A stretch of DNA of 64,000 bases from Dictyostelium discoideum (taxonomy: Eukaryota), in contig CM000154.2 of the NCBI GenBank assembly GCA_000004695.1, forward strand, positions 2,176,001-2,240,000, in the 5' to 3' direction. Positions within the stretch are counted from its first letter, which is position 1. Every line of letters starts with the position of its first letter. Under the pieces are notes generated by a model, which was not told where the DNA came from, made no database searches, and saw nothing but the letters and a program-made list of their open reading frames with translations. Below, piece after piece: positions 33,540 to 44,750 of the stretch. Made by a program: the position numbers and the translations under genes.

Positions 33540-34312
33540 ATGAATAATTTTAGAAATTTAATTAATCAAAGTATTAGAAATTATTCAACAACAACAAATG
33601 TTGCAACTAAAACTAAAGTTTATGAATTAAAAACATATAATATTTTAGCAAATAATATTCCATCATTTTTTGAATTATTAGGAGAAAATAAAGGTTCAAA
33701 TAGTTTAGGTACTTGGGTAACTGAAATGGGTAGTTCAAATCAAGTTATTAGTTTAGTTGAACATGAAAGTTTAGATGACAGACAAATGAATGAATGGAAT
33801 ACTAAATTTCAATCAAAAGCAGCTAAATTAATTGAAAAACAAGAATCATTAATTCTTAGAGAATTCCCATGGGCACCATTTCAAAAGATTTCCAATGAAA
33901 AATCAAATGAAAATAAAGTTTGGGAATTAAGAACTTATCAATCCAAACCAGGTAAATTAGGTCAATGGGCCATCGATTTTACAACAGGTTTCGCTGAAAG
34001 AAAGAAAATCTCTGAACCAGTTGGTGTTTTCTATAGTGAATTCGGTCCTTTAAATACAATCGTTCATTTATGGCCATATAAAAGTTTTGAAGATAGATTT
34101 AGAATTAGAGATTTAGCTTTAAAAAATCCAGTTTGGTAAGAATAGAAAAAATAAAAAATAATAAAAAAATAAACTATAAAAGGAAATAATTTTTACTAAT
34201 AATTAAATAATTTTTTATAATAATATTATAAAATAGGGTTGAAACTGTTGCTAAAACAACTGCAAATTTAGATTCAATGGAAAGTAAAACTATTATTCCA
34301 GTAAAATTATAA
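33540..34312 (+). CDS. NIPSNAP-family protein (~223 aa), probably mitochondrial
   Basis: The CDS is join(33540..34135, 34237..34312). The intron runs 34136-34236 (GTAAGA ... AAATAG, phase 2) and splits a Trp codon. The NIPSNAP repeat hallmarks YELKTY...GTW and WELRTYQSKPGKLGQW are present. The spliced C-terminus MESKTIIPVKL matches the NIPSNAP1 tail (MESRIMIPLKISPLQ). The ORF-track ORF 33273..34139 starts upstream in a poly-F artefact; the real ATG is at 33540. Confidence 0.85.
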
Positions 34313-34607
34313 ATTATTTCAAAATAAAATTATTAAATAGTAGAGAGTATTTGTGTTTTTTGCTATCTTAAACTATTTTTATTATTATTTTTTTTTTTAA
34401 CCAAAATTTATTAATAAATTTCCTTTTTTTTATACATATAATATTACATGAATTTATTTTTTATTTCTTTTCTTTTTTTTTTTCCTTTTTTTTTTTTTTT
34501 TTCTCTCTCTTTTCTCCTTTATTGTTTGTTTGCTGCTTCTAACTATAAATTTTATAAAAAAAAAGAAATTAATAAAATATTTTTGAAAAAATAAATGTTT
34601 GAATGAA

Positions 34608-35097
34608 TTAAAAAATTACTTTTTTAGATAAATCATCAACTCTTTGAGTTAATGCGGAAACTTCAGCTTTGAGATCAGCATTTTCTTGTTTTAATGCATC
34701 AACATCGATACCTAAAGAATTTCCAAGATGTTTTTTAATAAATCTGTAAAATAAATAAAAATAAAAATAAAGCTATTAATAATTTATATATATTATGATG
34801 TGATATATTTCTAATATTAAAAAATATTTTAATATTACTCTAATGCATCTGAAGGTTTATCAGATTCTTCGTATAAGCCAACAAGTACTTTAGTTAATGC
34901 ATCTATGACACCACTCTTTTCTAAATAACCTTTGAATTCTTCTTTTTCTGCTGAATTCTTCAAAAATTCAAATAAAAAAAGAAATTAAAATAATGAAAAA
35001 TGAGATTTAAAAAAAGAAAAAAAAAACAAGTAAAATAAAATAAAATAAAAATAATTTGATAAATTTAGACATTAGTAATTTTAAAACTTACTTGCAT
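34608..35097 (-). CDS. c-Myc-binding protein (MYCBP/AMY-1) homologue, 86 aa
   Basis: The CDS is join(34608..34743, 34829..34947, 35092..35097) on the minus strand. There is a 6-nt first coding exon (ATGCAA), followed by two exons of phases 0 and 2. The spliced protein MQNSAEKEEFKGYLEKSGVIDALTKVLVGLYEESDKPSDALEFIKKHLG... matches human MYCBP (REQFRRYLEKSGVLDTLTKVLVALYEEPEKPNSALDFLKHHLG). It was not in the ORF track and I found it by hand. Confidence 0.8.
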
Positions 35098-35556
35098 GAT
35101 TTTAAATAGTCTTTATATATAATTGCGGGTATGAAATTTAAAAAAAAAAAGTTTTTTTTTTTTTTTTTTTTATTTTCAAAAAAAAAAAAAATCTAAAAAA
35201 AATAAAAAAAAAAAAAAATAAAAAAAAAAAAAAAAAAATTAATTAAACAATCCTTTTTTTAAAATTTTTTAAACATTCAAATTTGACTTTTAAAAAAGAA
35301 AAAAAAAAACATCAAAAGACTCCTACATCTAAAAAAATGATTAAAAAAAAAAAACTTTTCTCTAAATATTTTTTTATTCAATAATATTAAAAATAATAAT
35401 AAATAAAAAATAATAATTTTATTAAGAAAAAACAAATAATAGAATAAAGGTAAATAAAATTTTGAAAAATAAAACGAAAAAAAAAAAAAACAAAGAATAA
35501 GAATAATGGAAAAAAAAAAAATAGAAATTTTAAATTTTATTATATACATTTTTTTT

Positions 35557-35592
<36 letters not shown>

Positions 35593-35608
35593 GATAATCT
35601 TTTTTTCC

Positions 35609-38600
35609 TTAATCAGTTTCAACAGTTACATCACCACCAGTTCTCACAGGAGCACGAACTCTAAAAACTTTAACATATTCAGAGGTTTTAATATGATTTA
35701 GTGCTAAAGGTGTAACGAAAATATATTGTTTTGATCTATTTTCTTCAGCTTTTGACATTAAAAGATTGATAGAGATTGAACGATTTACTTCATCCATGAA
35801 AACATCGAATTCATCCATTGCACGGAAAGGACATTCCATATTCTCCCAGAAGGCCAATAATAATGATACAGTTGAGAAAGAACGTTCACCACCAGACAAA
35901 CCTTTGGTATCACCTTTGGCAGTACCATTTTGATTGGAAGGCAAAGCTTTTTGAAGTTCGACATTGATATCCAATTTACCATTTTGATGATCAAAAGTCA
36001 ACGAACCAGTGTAACCTTTCTTTGATAAGAAAATATTAAAGTATTGATCGGATCTACGAGAGATTGAAAGACGGAAACGTTGCCATTTCTTATAACGTTC
36101 ATTCAAATTTCTTTCCAATATGGTTGCCAATTCTTCAATGTTATCACGTTGCTCTGAAATCTCCTTGAGGGAATTATTTGCGTCTTGGAAAAGTTTCAAA
36201 GCTTCAGTTCTTGAACGTTTACCTCTGGACTCTTTCTCTAGTTGTTTTGTATATTGAATGATTTTATTGGTGAGTGTTGTATTGGTTTCATTGGTTGGTA
36301 TTTCAATACGTTCACAAATTTGAGTGGCTTTATCGGTTTTCTCTTTGACAATTTCTAAAATTCTTTGATATTCAGCTTTGAATTGATCTCTTTCTTGAGC
36401 ACTTCTACCTTGTTGTTGAAGCAATGCTTGTTTATTGTTATTGAGTTTTCTAAGACCTTCATTGAATTTTCTTAAATTATTTTCAATATTACCCAACTGA
36501 TTGGAAAGAACATCGATTTGATCATCCAATGCTCTGTTATTTTCAGCGAATGGTCCTTTTTGAGCGGCAACCTCAGTACGTTGAGCTTTTTGAATATTGA
36601 TCTCCTCATCCATTGATTTAATTTCCTCATCGAGTGAAGCTAAACCAATTTCCAACTCTGAATAATCATCAGTTTGTTGAACCAATGTATCTTCGATCGA
36701 TTTAATCTCATTAGTGATTTGTAGGATTTTACGAGAACATTGATTTTGATCTTGATCATTTTGACTGATTTTATGTTCAATGGCTTGAACATCACTACTC
36801 AATTCTTGTTCAATCTTTTTCTGTTGATTTAATGCTGGTAATTTCGATTCCATATCCCTTTGAGTACGTTGAATAGCAGCATCAGAATTTACACGTAACA
36901 TGGTGGCCTCACCAGAATTCTTTGCAGCTTGATAGAATGGATTACCACTCTTGGTTTTGGAATAATTGTTACCTTGTGGATCAAAGAATTGAGATAACCC
37001 ACGTGGACATCTATCAGTGTACAATACAGAATCAATCTCTTTACGATCATTACCCAACCCAATTTGTTCAACTTTTTTAGTATCAATTAAGAAATTAATA
37101 ATGAAATGAGAAGGTGAATCGAGAACACGTAACACTGTAGCTAAAGATGGATCCAATTCATCATGTTCCACAGTTTTATAGACTTCAGTGGTTTCGGGTA
37201 TTTTCGTATAATCAACTTTAATACCAAACTGATGACCCAGCTTTTGAAGGGTAATACCATCTGGAATGGAAAATACCAAAAAGTTTCTAAGTGTAGCCTT
37301 TGAGATTGCCGATTCAATAGCGAATGCCCAACTTTCATTCTTTATCTTTAAACTTAAACCAATGGGTCCAATGGGTAACTTTGAGAAATTACGACGACTT
37401 GCTTCAATTTTATGAAGAAAATCGGTCATACCTTTGCCATAGGCTTGATTTTCACCTTTTTGAGTTGATCTTAAATTGTTTAATTGTACTCTCAACCCTT
37501 CATACTCTCTATTCATCTGTTGGGTGATTGTACGTTGATTTTGATGATCTCTCTTTAAATTCTCTCTATCTCGCATTAGATCCTCTTTTTCTTTAATTAA
37601 TTCCTCCTTTCTTGCCTCCAATTGAAGTTTTTGTTGACCTTTCTTTTTAATCTCATCCAATTTCGATTGATTATTTGCCAATTGAGCATTTCTCTCTTTG
37701 ATTTCATTAATCGATTGAAGTTGAAGATGACGACGTTGTTTTCTTTGTTGTCTCTTTTTATTGTTTGCTTCAATTTGAGTTTGAATCTTTGCCTCTTCTC
37801 TTTCGATTGTCAATATCTCTCTATTGTTTGTCTCTTTCTTTTGTTCCTGTATTTTAATTTGATCTGTAAATTCTTTAATATCCTTTTTAATGTCTTCAAT
37901 TGATTTATTATATGTCTCAATGGTTTCATCAACTTTTCTAATATCATTATCAAAAGATCTCTCCTCTGCTTCTGCAACTTGTTTCTCTTTTCTCTTTGCT
38001 TCTCTCTCTGATTCAACAACAAAACTCCATGCTAATTGATTCTTAAATTCACTAATCTTTCTCTCTAATCCAACCATTTGTTGTAAATCTTTATATTCTT
38101 TATTATATTCTCTAACTTTTTTTTCTAATTCTTGAATTACCTATCATTTATTTTTAAAAAAAAATTAATAATAAAATTAATAATAAATAATAATTTTAAA
38201 AAAATTAAAAAATTAATTTTACTTACAACAACTTTTTGACTTAACATATCTTTAATTTTATCAATATGTTCTCTAATTGTTGTATAATCTTTGGTCATTT
38301 TATCTAATTGTGTTGCCATAAGGAATGATTTATATTTATCTTGTGGACCAGCAGAATTTAAGAATTGTCTACTGGTATCTTGAGTTAAAATTGACATTGG
38401 ATTATCAATTTGAATATTAAATTGTTCTAAAATCAATGATACATCATTAAATTTATCTGAAACCGTTTTACCATTATAATCTTTAACTTTATATCCACTT
38501 GAACCAGTTCTACTAATTCTTCTTTCAATAATAACTGATTTACCATATTTCTCTGGTTTAAATGCTTCTTGACCTTGATTTCTTAATTTAACTGTAATTA

Positions 38601-39007
38601 CTGCAGTACTTTATTTTTTTTTAAAAAAAAAAAAAAAAAAAAAAGTTAAAATAAAAAATAAATAAATAAATAAATAAAATATTAGTTAAATATATAATTT
38701 AAAAATTAAATAATTATATATACTCACTTTGTTTCAGCTTTTACTAAATCAGATAATTTACTACCTCTATTTGTAAAACCAGCTTTTGCACCTAAACAAA
38801 CGATTAATGCAATTAAAACTGCACTTTTACCACTACCATTTTCACCAGCAATAAAATTTACATTTGAACAGAAATCAAGTTTAAAATGACGATGACACAT
38901 GAAATTCTCCAATGTTATACTTTCTATGATACCAGCTTCAGGTTCTGTTACACCACTTTTCAATTGTTGTTCTCTTCTAACCGCCTCTCTTTCATCTTCA
39001 GAGTTAC

Positions 39008-39051
<44 letters not shown>

Positions 39052-39371
39052 CTACTACCACTATCACTTCCAGATGAATCCACATCCTCAACATCTTCAT
39101 CATCATCTTCACTTGAACCACTCTCTTCATCACTTGATTGAGCTTTTAATTTTTTTAATCTACCATTTGAAATTGGTTGTTGTTGTTGTTGTTGTTGGTG
39201 TTGCTTTGTTGGTGTCATTTGTTTTCCATTTTCAACTCTTTGTTGTTTATGTGGTCTATCTTGATCTTGTGTTGAATGAATTAATTCATCATCATCATCT
39301 TCTTCTTCTTCTTCTTCTTCTTCATCCAATTCGTGGGAATTTCCATCATGCCCTAACTTCCTCTTGGACAT
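35609..39371 (-). CDS. smc6: structural maintenance of chromosomes protein 6 (SMC6), ~1185 aa
   Basis: The CDS is join(35609..38140, ~38226..38608, 38728..39371) on the minus strand. The N-terminal head [48 protein letters not shown] matches the SMC6 Walker A region. Exon 2 carries [19 protein letters not shown]...[12 protein letters not shown] (SMC6 LDHFNIQVDNPVSVLTQE...DKYKFFMKATQL). The hinge region is present. The C-terminal [40 protein letters not shown] matches SMC6 [37 protein letters not shown]. The exon-2 boundaries may be off by 1 nt, because my codon walk and the ORF track disagree by compensating single bases in two homopolymer runs. The N-terminal ~150 aa is an acidic/polyQ extension. 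Confidence 0.85.
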
Positions 39372-39598
39372 AATTTATTTTTTTTATTTTTTTTTTTTAT
39401 TCCCAACAAAAATAATTATTTTCGTTATGAAATAGAAATTAAAATAAATAAATAAAAAAATAATTTTTATTTGCGCGCAAAAAATTAAAAAAATAAAAAT
39501 TAAAAAAAAAAAAAAAATTATTATTGAAAAACTTAAAAAATGAAAAAAAAAAAAAAAAAAAAAATATAAAAATAATTTTTAACCCAAAACCACTTAAT

Positions 39599-40069
39599 AT
39601 GGAATCAATGAACAACCAAGAAATTTTAAATGGTACAATTGAATATGTTTCAAGATCAAGTAAATTATTAAAAAAAGTTTCTGATATTACAAAAGAGAAA
39701 ATTAAAGATTATCCATATTTAGATGATTTAACAGAAGAATATATTCAAGTATTTATTTAAATAATAAATATATATATTTTTTATTTTCATTTTTTTATTT
39801 TTTTTTTTATTTTTTTTTTTTTTATTTTTATTTTTTTTTTTTTTTTTTTTTATTTTTGGTGTATTAATATTTATTTACGTCAAGGCTCAACATTTATATG
39901 ATAGAACACCAAAATTATTAAAATTATTGAGCGAAATTAATATAACCGATGCCATCATCTCAAATGAAGTAATTGAAAATATAAATAATATGAAATATGA
40001 GTTGGATCATCTTATAGAATCTACCCAATTTAGAATCGATGATATAGATACCTATTTTAAAAGAGTAAT

Positions 40070-40110
<41 letters not shown>

Positions 40111-40529
40111 AATAAATAAAATAAAAATAATAATAATAAAAAAATTAATAATAATAAATCTAGGTCGAAACTGAATACTTTTTAAAAGATAAAAAAAATG
40201 AATTTTATGTTGAGTTATCTTCATACAATTCACAAATTCAAGATAGTTTAAAGAAGTTAAAATCAATTTATGATGGTGTAACTATTTATATATTATTATT
40301 TTTTTTTTTTTTTTTAATCATATTTATAAAAAAAAAAAATATTGACATATTGTTATTTAAATAGGGTAAACTATTAACAAAAGAGGTTAGTGAAATTAAT
40401 AGGAAAAAATTTAAAAATTCAGATAAAGTCCTAACTAAACATATCAACACAGGAATTGCACTTTTCATCATTTTAACATCACTTTTAGTTTATTTTATTC
40501 AATTTAAACCAAAAATATCACAAGATTAA
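39599..40529 (+). CDS. hypothetical tail-anchored coiled-coil membrane protein (~202 aa), possibly an ER SNARE-like (Sec20/Use1-type) protein
   Basis: The CDS is join(39599..39748, 39885..40064, 40164..40277, 40365..40529), all phase 0, with GT..AG introns of 100-136 nt. A single C-terminal TM (GIALFIILTSLLVYFIQF) follows a predicted coiled coil. Function is inferred only from architecture. Confidence 0.5.
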
Positions 40530-40610
40530 TTTCCAAAGGAAAAAAAAAAAATAATAATAATAGAAAAATATAAATTACTATATACAATTTTATTTATTAT
40601 ATTTAACCAT

Positions 40611-41089
40611 TTAATTTTGTTGTTGTTTTAATTTTAAATTTTCAATTACTTTTAAAGATTCTTCAATATGAGAGGTGGCACTTAATAAAGCTGAATAAGT
40701 ATTAAGTATTTTACTATCGATATCAATGATAAATGTAGTTCTACCAGGTAATAATAAACCTTTTACGCCATAAGATTTTGCATTTTACCATCTTTATCAC
40801 TTAATAAAGTGAATGGTAATTTATATTTCTGTGAAAATTTTGAATGACTTTCAGAATCATCACAACTTATACCTATTACATCAACACCAGCATCTACGAA
40901 TTTTTCATATCTATCCCTAAATTCACATGCTTCTTTGGTGCAAACTGGTGTACCATCTTTACCATAGAAATATAATACAATTGGTTTTTTATTTATAAGA
41001 TCTTTTAATGTTACAATTTTACCATCTTTATCTGCACATGAAAATTCTGGGGCATAATCCCCAACATTTAATTTAATGGATTTTGTCAT
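40611..41089 (-). pseudogene. peroxiredoxin Q / bacterioferritin-comigratory-protein (BCP) family thiol peroxidase with an apparent +1/-1 frameshift near 40765-40775 (pseudogene or assembly error)
   Basis: ORF 40763..41089 encodes MTKSIKLNVGDYAPEF...PIVLYFYGKDGTPVCTKEACEFRD...FTLLSDKDGK, which carries the Prx catalytic TPVC motif, and then stops at ...MQNLMA*. The conserved continuation YGVKGLLLPGRTTFIIDIDSKI...LKVIEN* is read in the -1 frame down to a TAA at 40613-40611 (E. coli BCP FGVWGEKSFMGKTYDGIHRISFLID). No canonical intron can join the two frames, since the only GT..AG pair would be 29 nt long and would delete conserved residues. Confidence 0.7.
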
Positions 41090-41581
41090 TTTCTTAATTT
41101 TTATTTTTATATTTTTTATTTTATTTAAATTAATATTATTTTTTATTTATATATTTATTTATTTGTTTGTTTTATGGTTATTAAAAAAAAAAAAAAAGAT
41201 TTATTTAAATATCATTTTAAAAATAAAAATGAACGAAATCGAAAGTATTCCATTTTTTTAAAGAATAATGGAAATTTTTAATTTCATACCACTTCAAAGA
41301 AATCAGAAAATGAAAAAAAAAATAAAAAAAAATAAAAAAAAATAAAAAAAATAAAAAAAATAAAAAATATAAAAAAAAAAAGAAAAAAATCAAGAGAAAA
41401 TTATTGACCAACATTGTTATAATATATTATTATTATTATTATCATCCTTTTTTTTTTTTTTTTTTTTTTATTATTCCTTTTAATAAAAAAAAAAAAAAAA
41501 AAACTAACAAAATTTTTCTTTATTTTTATTGGGTGGCAAAACCTAACCCAAACTTTTTTTTTTAAAAAAATTTTTATTAAC

Positions 41582-41852
41582 CCAACAAAATATTTGCAGC
41601 TGATATCCACGAATGACCAATCGTTTTTATTTTATTATTAATATCCACGAGCGACCAATCGTTTTTATTTTTTACCAAAAATACGAATAATATTATGATG
41701 AGGTTTAAAATTCATAGCAAAAAAAAAAAAATTCGATAAAGCCTAATGGTTATTTGATAATGATTTCCAAACATAATCATTGTATTGAGATTATTTTAAT
41801 GGGTGCTATATATCTATTTTTTTGATAATTTACTTTTGACCAACCAAATTAC
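41582..41852. repeat. dispersed repeat copy A (~270 bp), unclassified
   Basis: Copy A shares three blocks with copy B at 44480-44750. The first is ccaacaaaatatttgc. The second is a GC-rich core, ccacgaatgaccaatcg / ccaggcgagcaaccaatgg. The third is ~80 bp, taatcattgtatt.a.attatttt.aatggg....atatatctatttttttgataa.....ttt.accaaccaaa. Copy A has an internal 38-bp tandem duplication (41601-41676). Confidence 0.7.
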
Positions 41853-41856
41853 AAAA

Positions 41857-41888
<32 letters not shown>

Positions 41889-44392
41889 AAAAAAAAAATA
41901 ATAATAATAATAATATAAATAAAAAAATATCCTCCCAAACCTAAACAGTTTTGAAAATAAAAAAATTAAAAAAACAAAAAAAATATTAATAAAAATAGTA
42001 TTAATAAATTATTATATTAAATATAATCATAAAAATTAAAAAAAAAAAATAAAAAAAATAAAAAAATAAAAAAAAAGAATTTGAAAAAGACAATCAAAAA
42101 TGTATTTACGTAATTCTTTTTTTATATTATTGTATTTGGGTTTATAAAAAATAAAAATAAAAAACAATAAATAAGAGAAAAAAAAAAGTATTAATAAATT
42201 ATTATGTTAAACTGGAAATTTCAAAAAAAAAAGTATTTTGGGTCAAACTGAAAAAAATCAAAAAAAAAAAAAAAAATATTAAATTTATTTTTTCTCTATT
42301 TCTATTTTTAAAAAAATGGTGAAACTGAAATACTCCCATTAAGCAAGAATTGAAAGAACGAAACTCAATAGATTGGTAAAATACATAAATGGGTGGTCCT
42401 TGTTGCATTTTTGTGAAGACTTCCCCAAAAACAGGGTTTAATGGTTGGAAATTGGAGAGGATTTTATTAAAAAAAAAAAAAAATTATTAAAAAAAAAATG
42501 GAAAAAAAAAAGAATTTGAAAAAAAAAAAAAATTAAAAATGTATTTACCTATTATTCTTTTTTTCTTTTTTTATATCTCTACATATTATTGCATTATTTG
42601 GGTTTTAAAAAAAATAATAAAAATTAGTTTAGGAAAAAAAAAAAAATATATTATTATTTTTTTTTTTTAATAATAATAGTTTTTTTTTTTTTTTTGAGTT
42701 AAATTGTTATTAAAACTTTTATTAAGAAATATGGAGGAAAATTATAAAGATATTATTTATTATATGATTAAAATTTTATTTATTTTTTTAATTGGAAATT
42801 AAAAGAAAATTGAAAAAAATCAGGTAAAACATTATAAGTTGATTTGTTTTGATTTTTTTTTTTTTTTTTTTTAAATATCCCTTTTTTTTATTATTATCAG
42901 AGGAACATAAACAATCACAATTTCAAGATTATTTCTCTAAAAAATAATAATAATAATAATAGTTTTAAAAATTGTGTTAGTACTTTTTTATTCTTTTTTT
43001 TTATTTTTTTAGAGCCACAAAAAATCTAATAATTTTTTTAAAGGAATAATATCTTCTTGGTGGCTATTTTTCAATTAATTAATTTTAAAAAACCTGTGGG
43101 AAAAAAAAAGAAAGAAAAAAAAAAAAAGAATATAAATGTTAGTAGGACTAAAATTATAATCCAGAATAATTAAATCTTCTCATGTTGGAAAAGACAAAAA
43201 AAAAAAAAAAAAAAAAATAGTTTTTTTCTTTTTCTTTTTCTTTTTTTTACTTACCAAAAGGCATTAGAAATACAAATTGGTTGGACTTGAAACTTTTTAT
43301 TTATACTGAGAAAAAATAATAAAAAAAAAAAAAAAAAAAAGAAAATTTAAAAATAAAAAAAATAAAAAAATGATGTAACAATGGCATTATTACATTTACA
43401 AATTACATCATAACGTATTGTTATTTAACATTTAAATATTCTAATAATAAAAAAAAAAAAAAAATAAAAAAAAAAAACTAATATAAATATAAAAAAAAAA
43501 CCCCAGAGAAAGAAAATAGATTGATGAAAAAGAATAATCTTCTGTGTGTGTGTCTTTTTTGTTTTGAAATGATTTTTTGAAATTTCAATATTTTCATAAC
43601 CACCAACAAAAAAAAAAATATTATTTTAAAAATAAAATTTGTAGTGAACCCCACCACACACAAAAATAAACAAAAAACAACTAGATTTAGGACTGAACAA
43701 CACATAATAAATTTAGTATTACAAACCACAGATTTTATTCGAAACTAATTGTTTAAAAAGCAGTTATTTTATAAAAAAAAAAAAAAATTAAAATAATAAT
43801 AGTTATTATTAGTATAATTATTATTTTTATTATTTTCACTTTTGAATTACCTAATTGATTAACCCCTTTTTTTTTTATTTTTATAATAAAAAATTAAAAA
43901 AAATGAAAAAATGATTCCGGAAGTGATTTTTATGAATTACCAGTTTTGAGTGACTATGGGTATATTTAAAATGAAAAGTGGACTGTTTTTTTTTTTTTTT
44001 TTTTTTTAAAAAATTGTCTGAATTCTTTGTTTGAATTAAACTCAAGAAAACCTTTGATAATAAAGTAAAAAGGTGGATAAATTTTTTTTTTTCAATAATC
44101 AAAAAAAAAAAAAAAAAAAGGATACGACTAGTCAAAATTTAACAACATTACAATAAAATTGTTCAACCCATTTACGGGGTTAATTGATTTACGTTATATA
44201 ATTCCAATTTGAATAAAAGTGTTTATCGGTTCAATTATTAATAAAAATAAAAAAAAAAAGGCTTTTTAATAATATTATTAAATGAATTTGTGAATCTTTT
44301 TTTTTTTTTATTATTTTAATTATTAAATTTTAACAATTTCGTGACCACCATTAAAGCACCTGTGCAATAAGCAAATTAAAAAAAAAAATTTC

Positions 44393-44423
<31 letters not shown>

Positions 44424-44479
44424 CAAAAAAAAACAAAATTTAAATATATCAAAATGTGTGCCTATTTTTATAAATATCC

Positions 44480-44750
44480 CCAACAAAATATTTGCTTATT
44501 TTTTTCATTATTTTTTTTTTTCCAGGCGAGCAACCAATGGTTTTTTATAATAATATACTAAAAATAAGAATAACAAATTGAGCTTTTTTTATTTTTTTTT
44601 TTTAATCATTATTTTTTATAGCGAAAAAAGTCGATACCGCTTAACTTTCAAAACAAAATAGTTAAAAAAATAATCATTGTATTCAAATTATTTTTAATGG
44701 GCACGTTATATATCTATTTTTTTGATAAATAACCTTTTACCAACCAAAAT
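44480..44750. repeat. dispersed repeat copy B (same family as 41582-41852, same orientation, ~2.9 kb away)
   Basis: The block-wise similarity is described under copy A. Confidence 0.7.

Noticed and set aside
38137-38436. Possible sequence error inside smc6 exon 2
   Set aside because: My manual codon walk disagreed with the supplied ORF track by one base in an A/T homopolymer near 38155-38165, and by a compensating base near 38395-38405. Both ORF ends match the line numbering. I most likely miscounted homopolymers by eye, so this is reported only as +/-1 nt uncertainty on exon-2 boundaries.
40740-40800. A 29-nt GT..AG intron (gtaaaatgcaaaatcttatggcgtaaaag) as an alternative to the frameshift in the peroxiredoxin gene
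   Set aside because: It is far shorter than any other intron in the window (70-210 nt), and it would delete the conserved YGV(K/W)G block.
42202-42408. 68-aa ORF in the GC island
   Set aside because: It has no codon bias and no start context. It lies antisense to a GC-rich patch that looks structural rather than coding.
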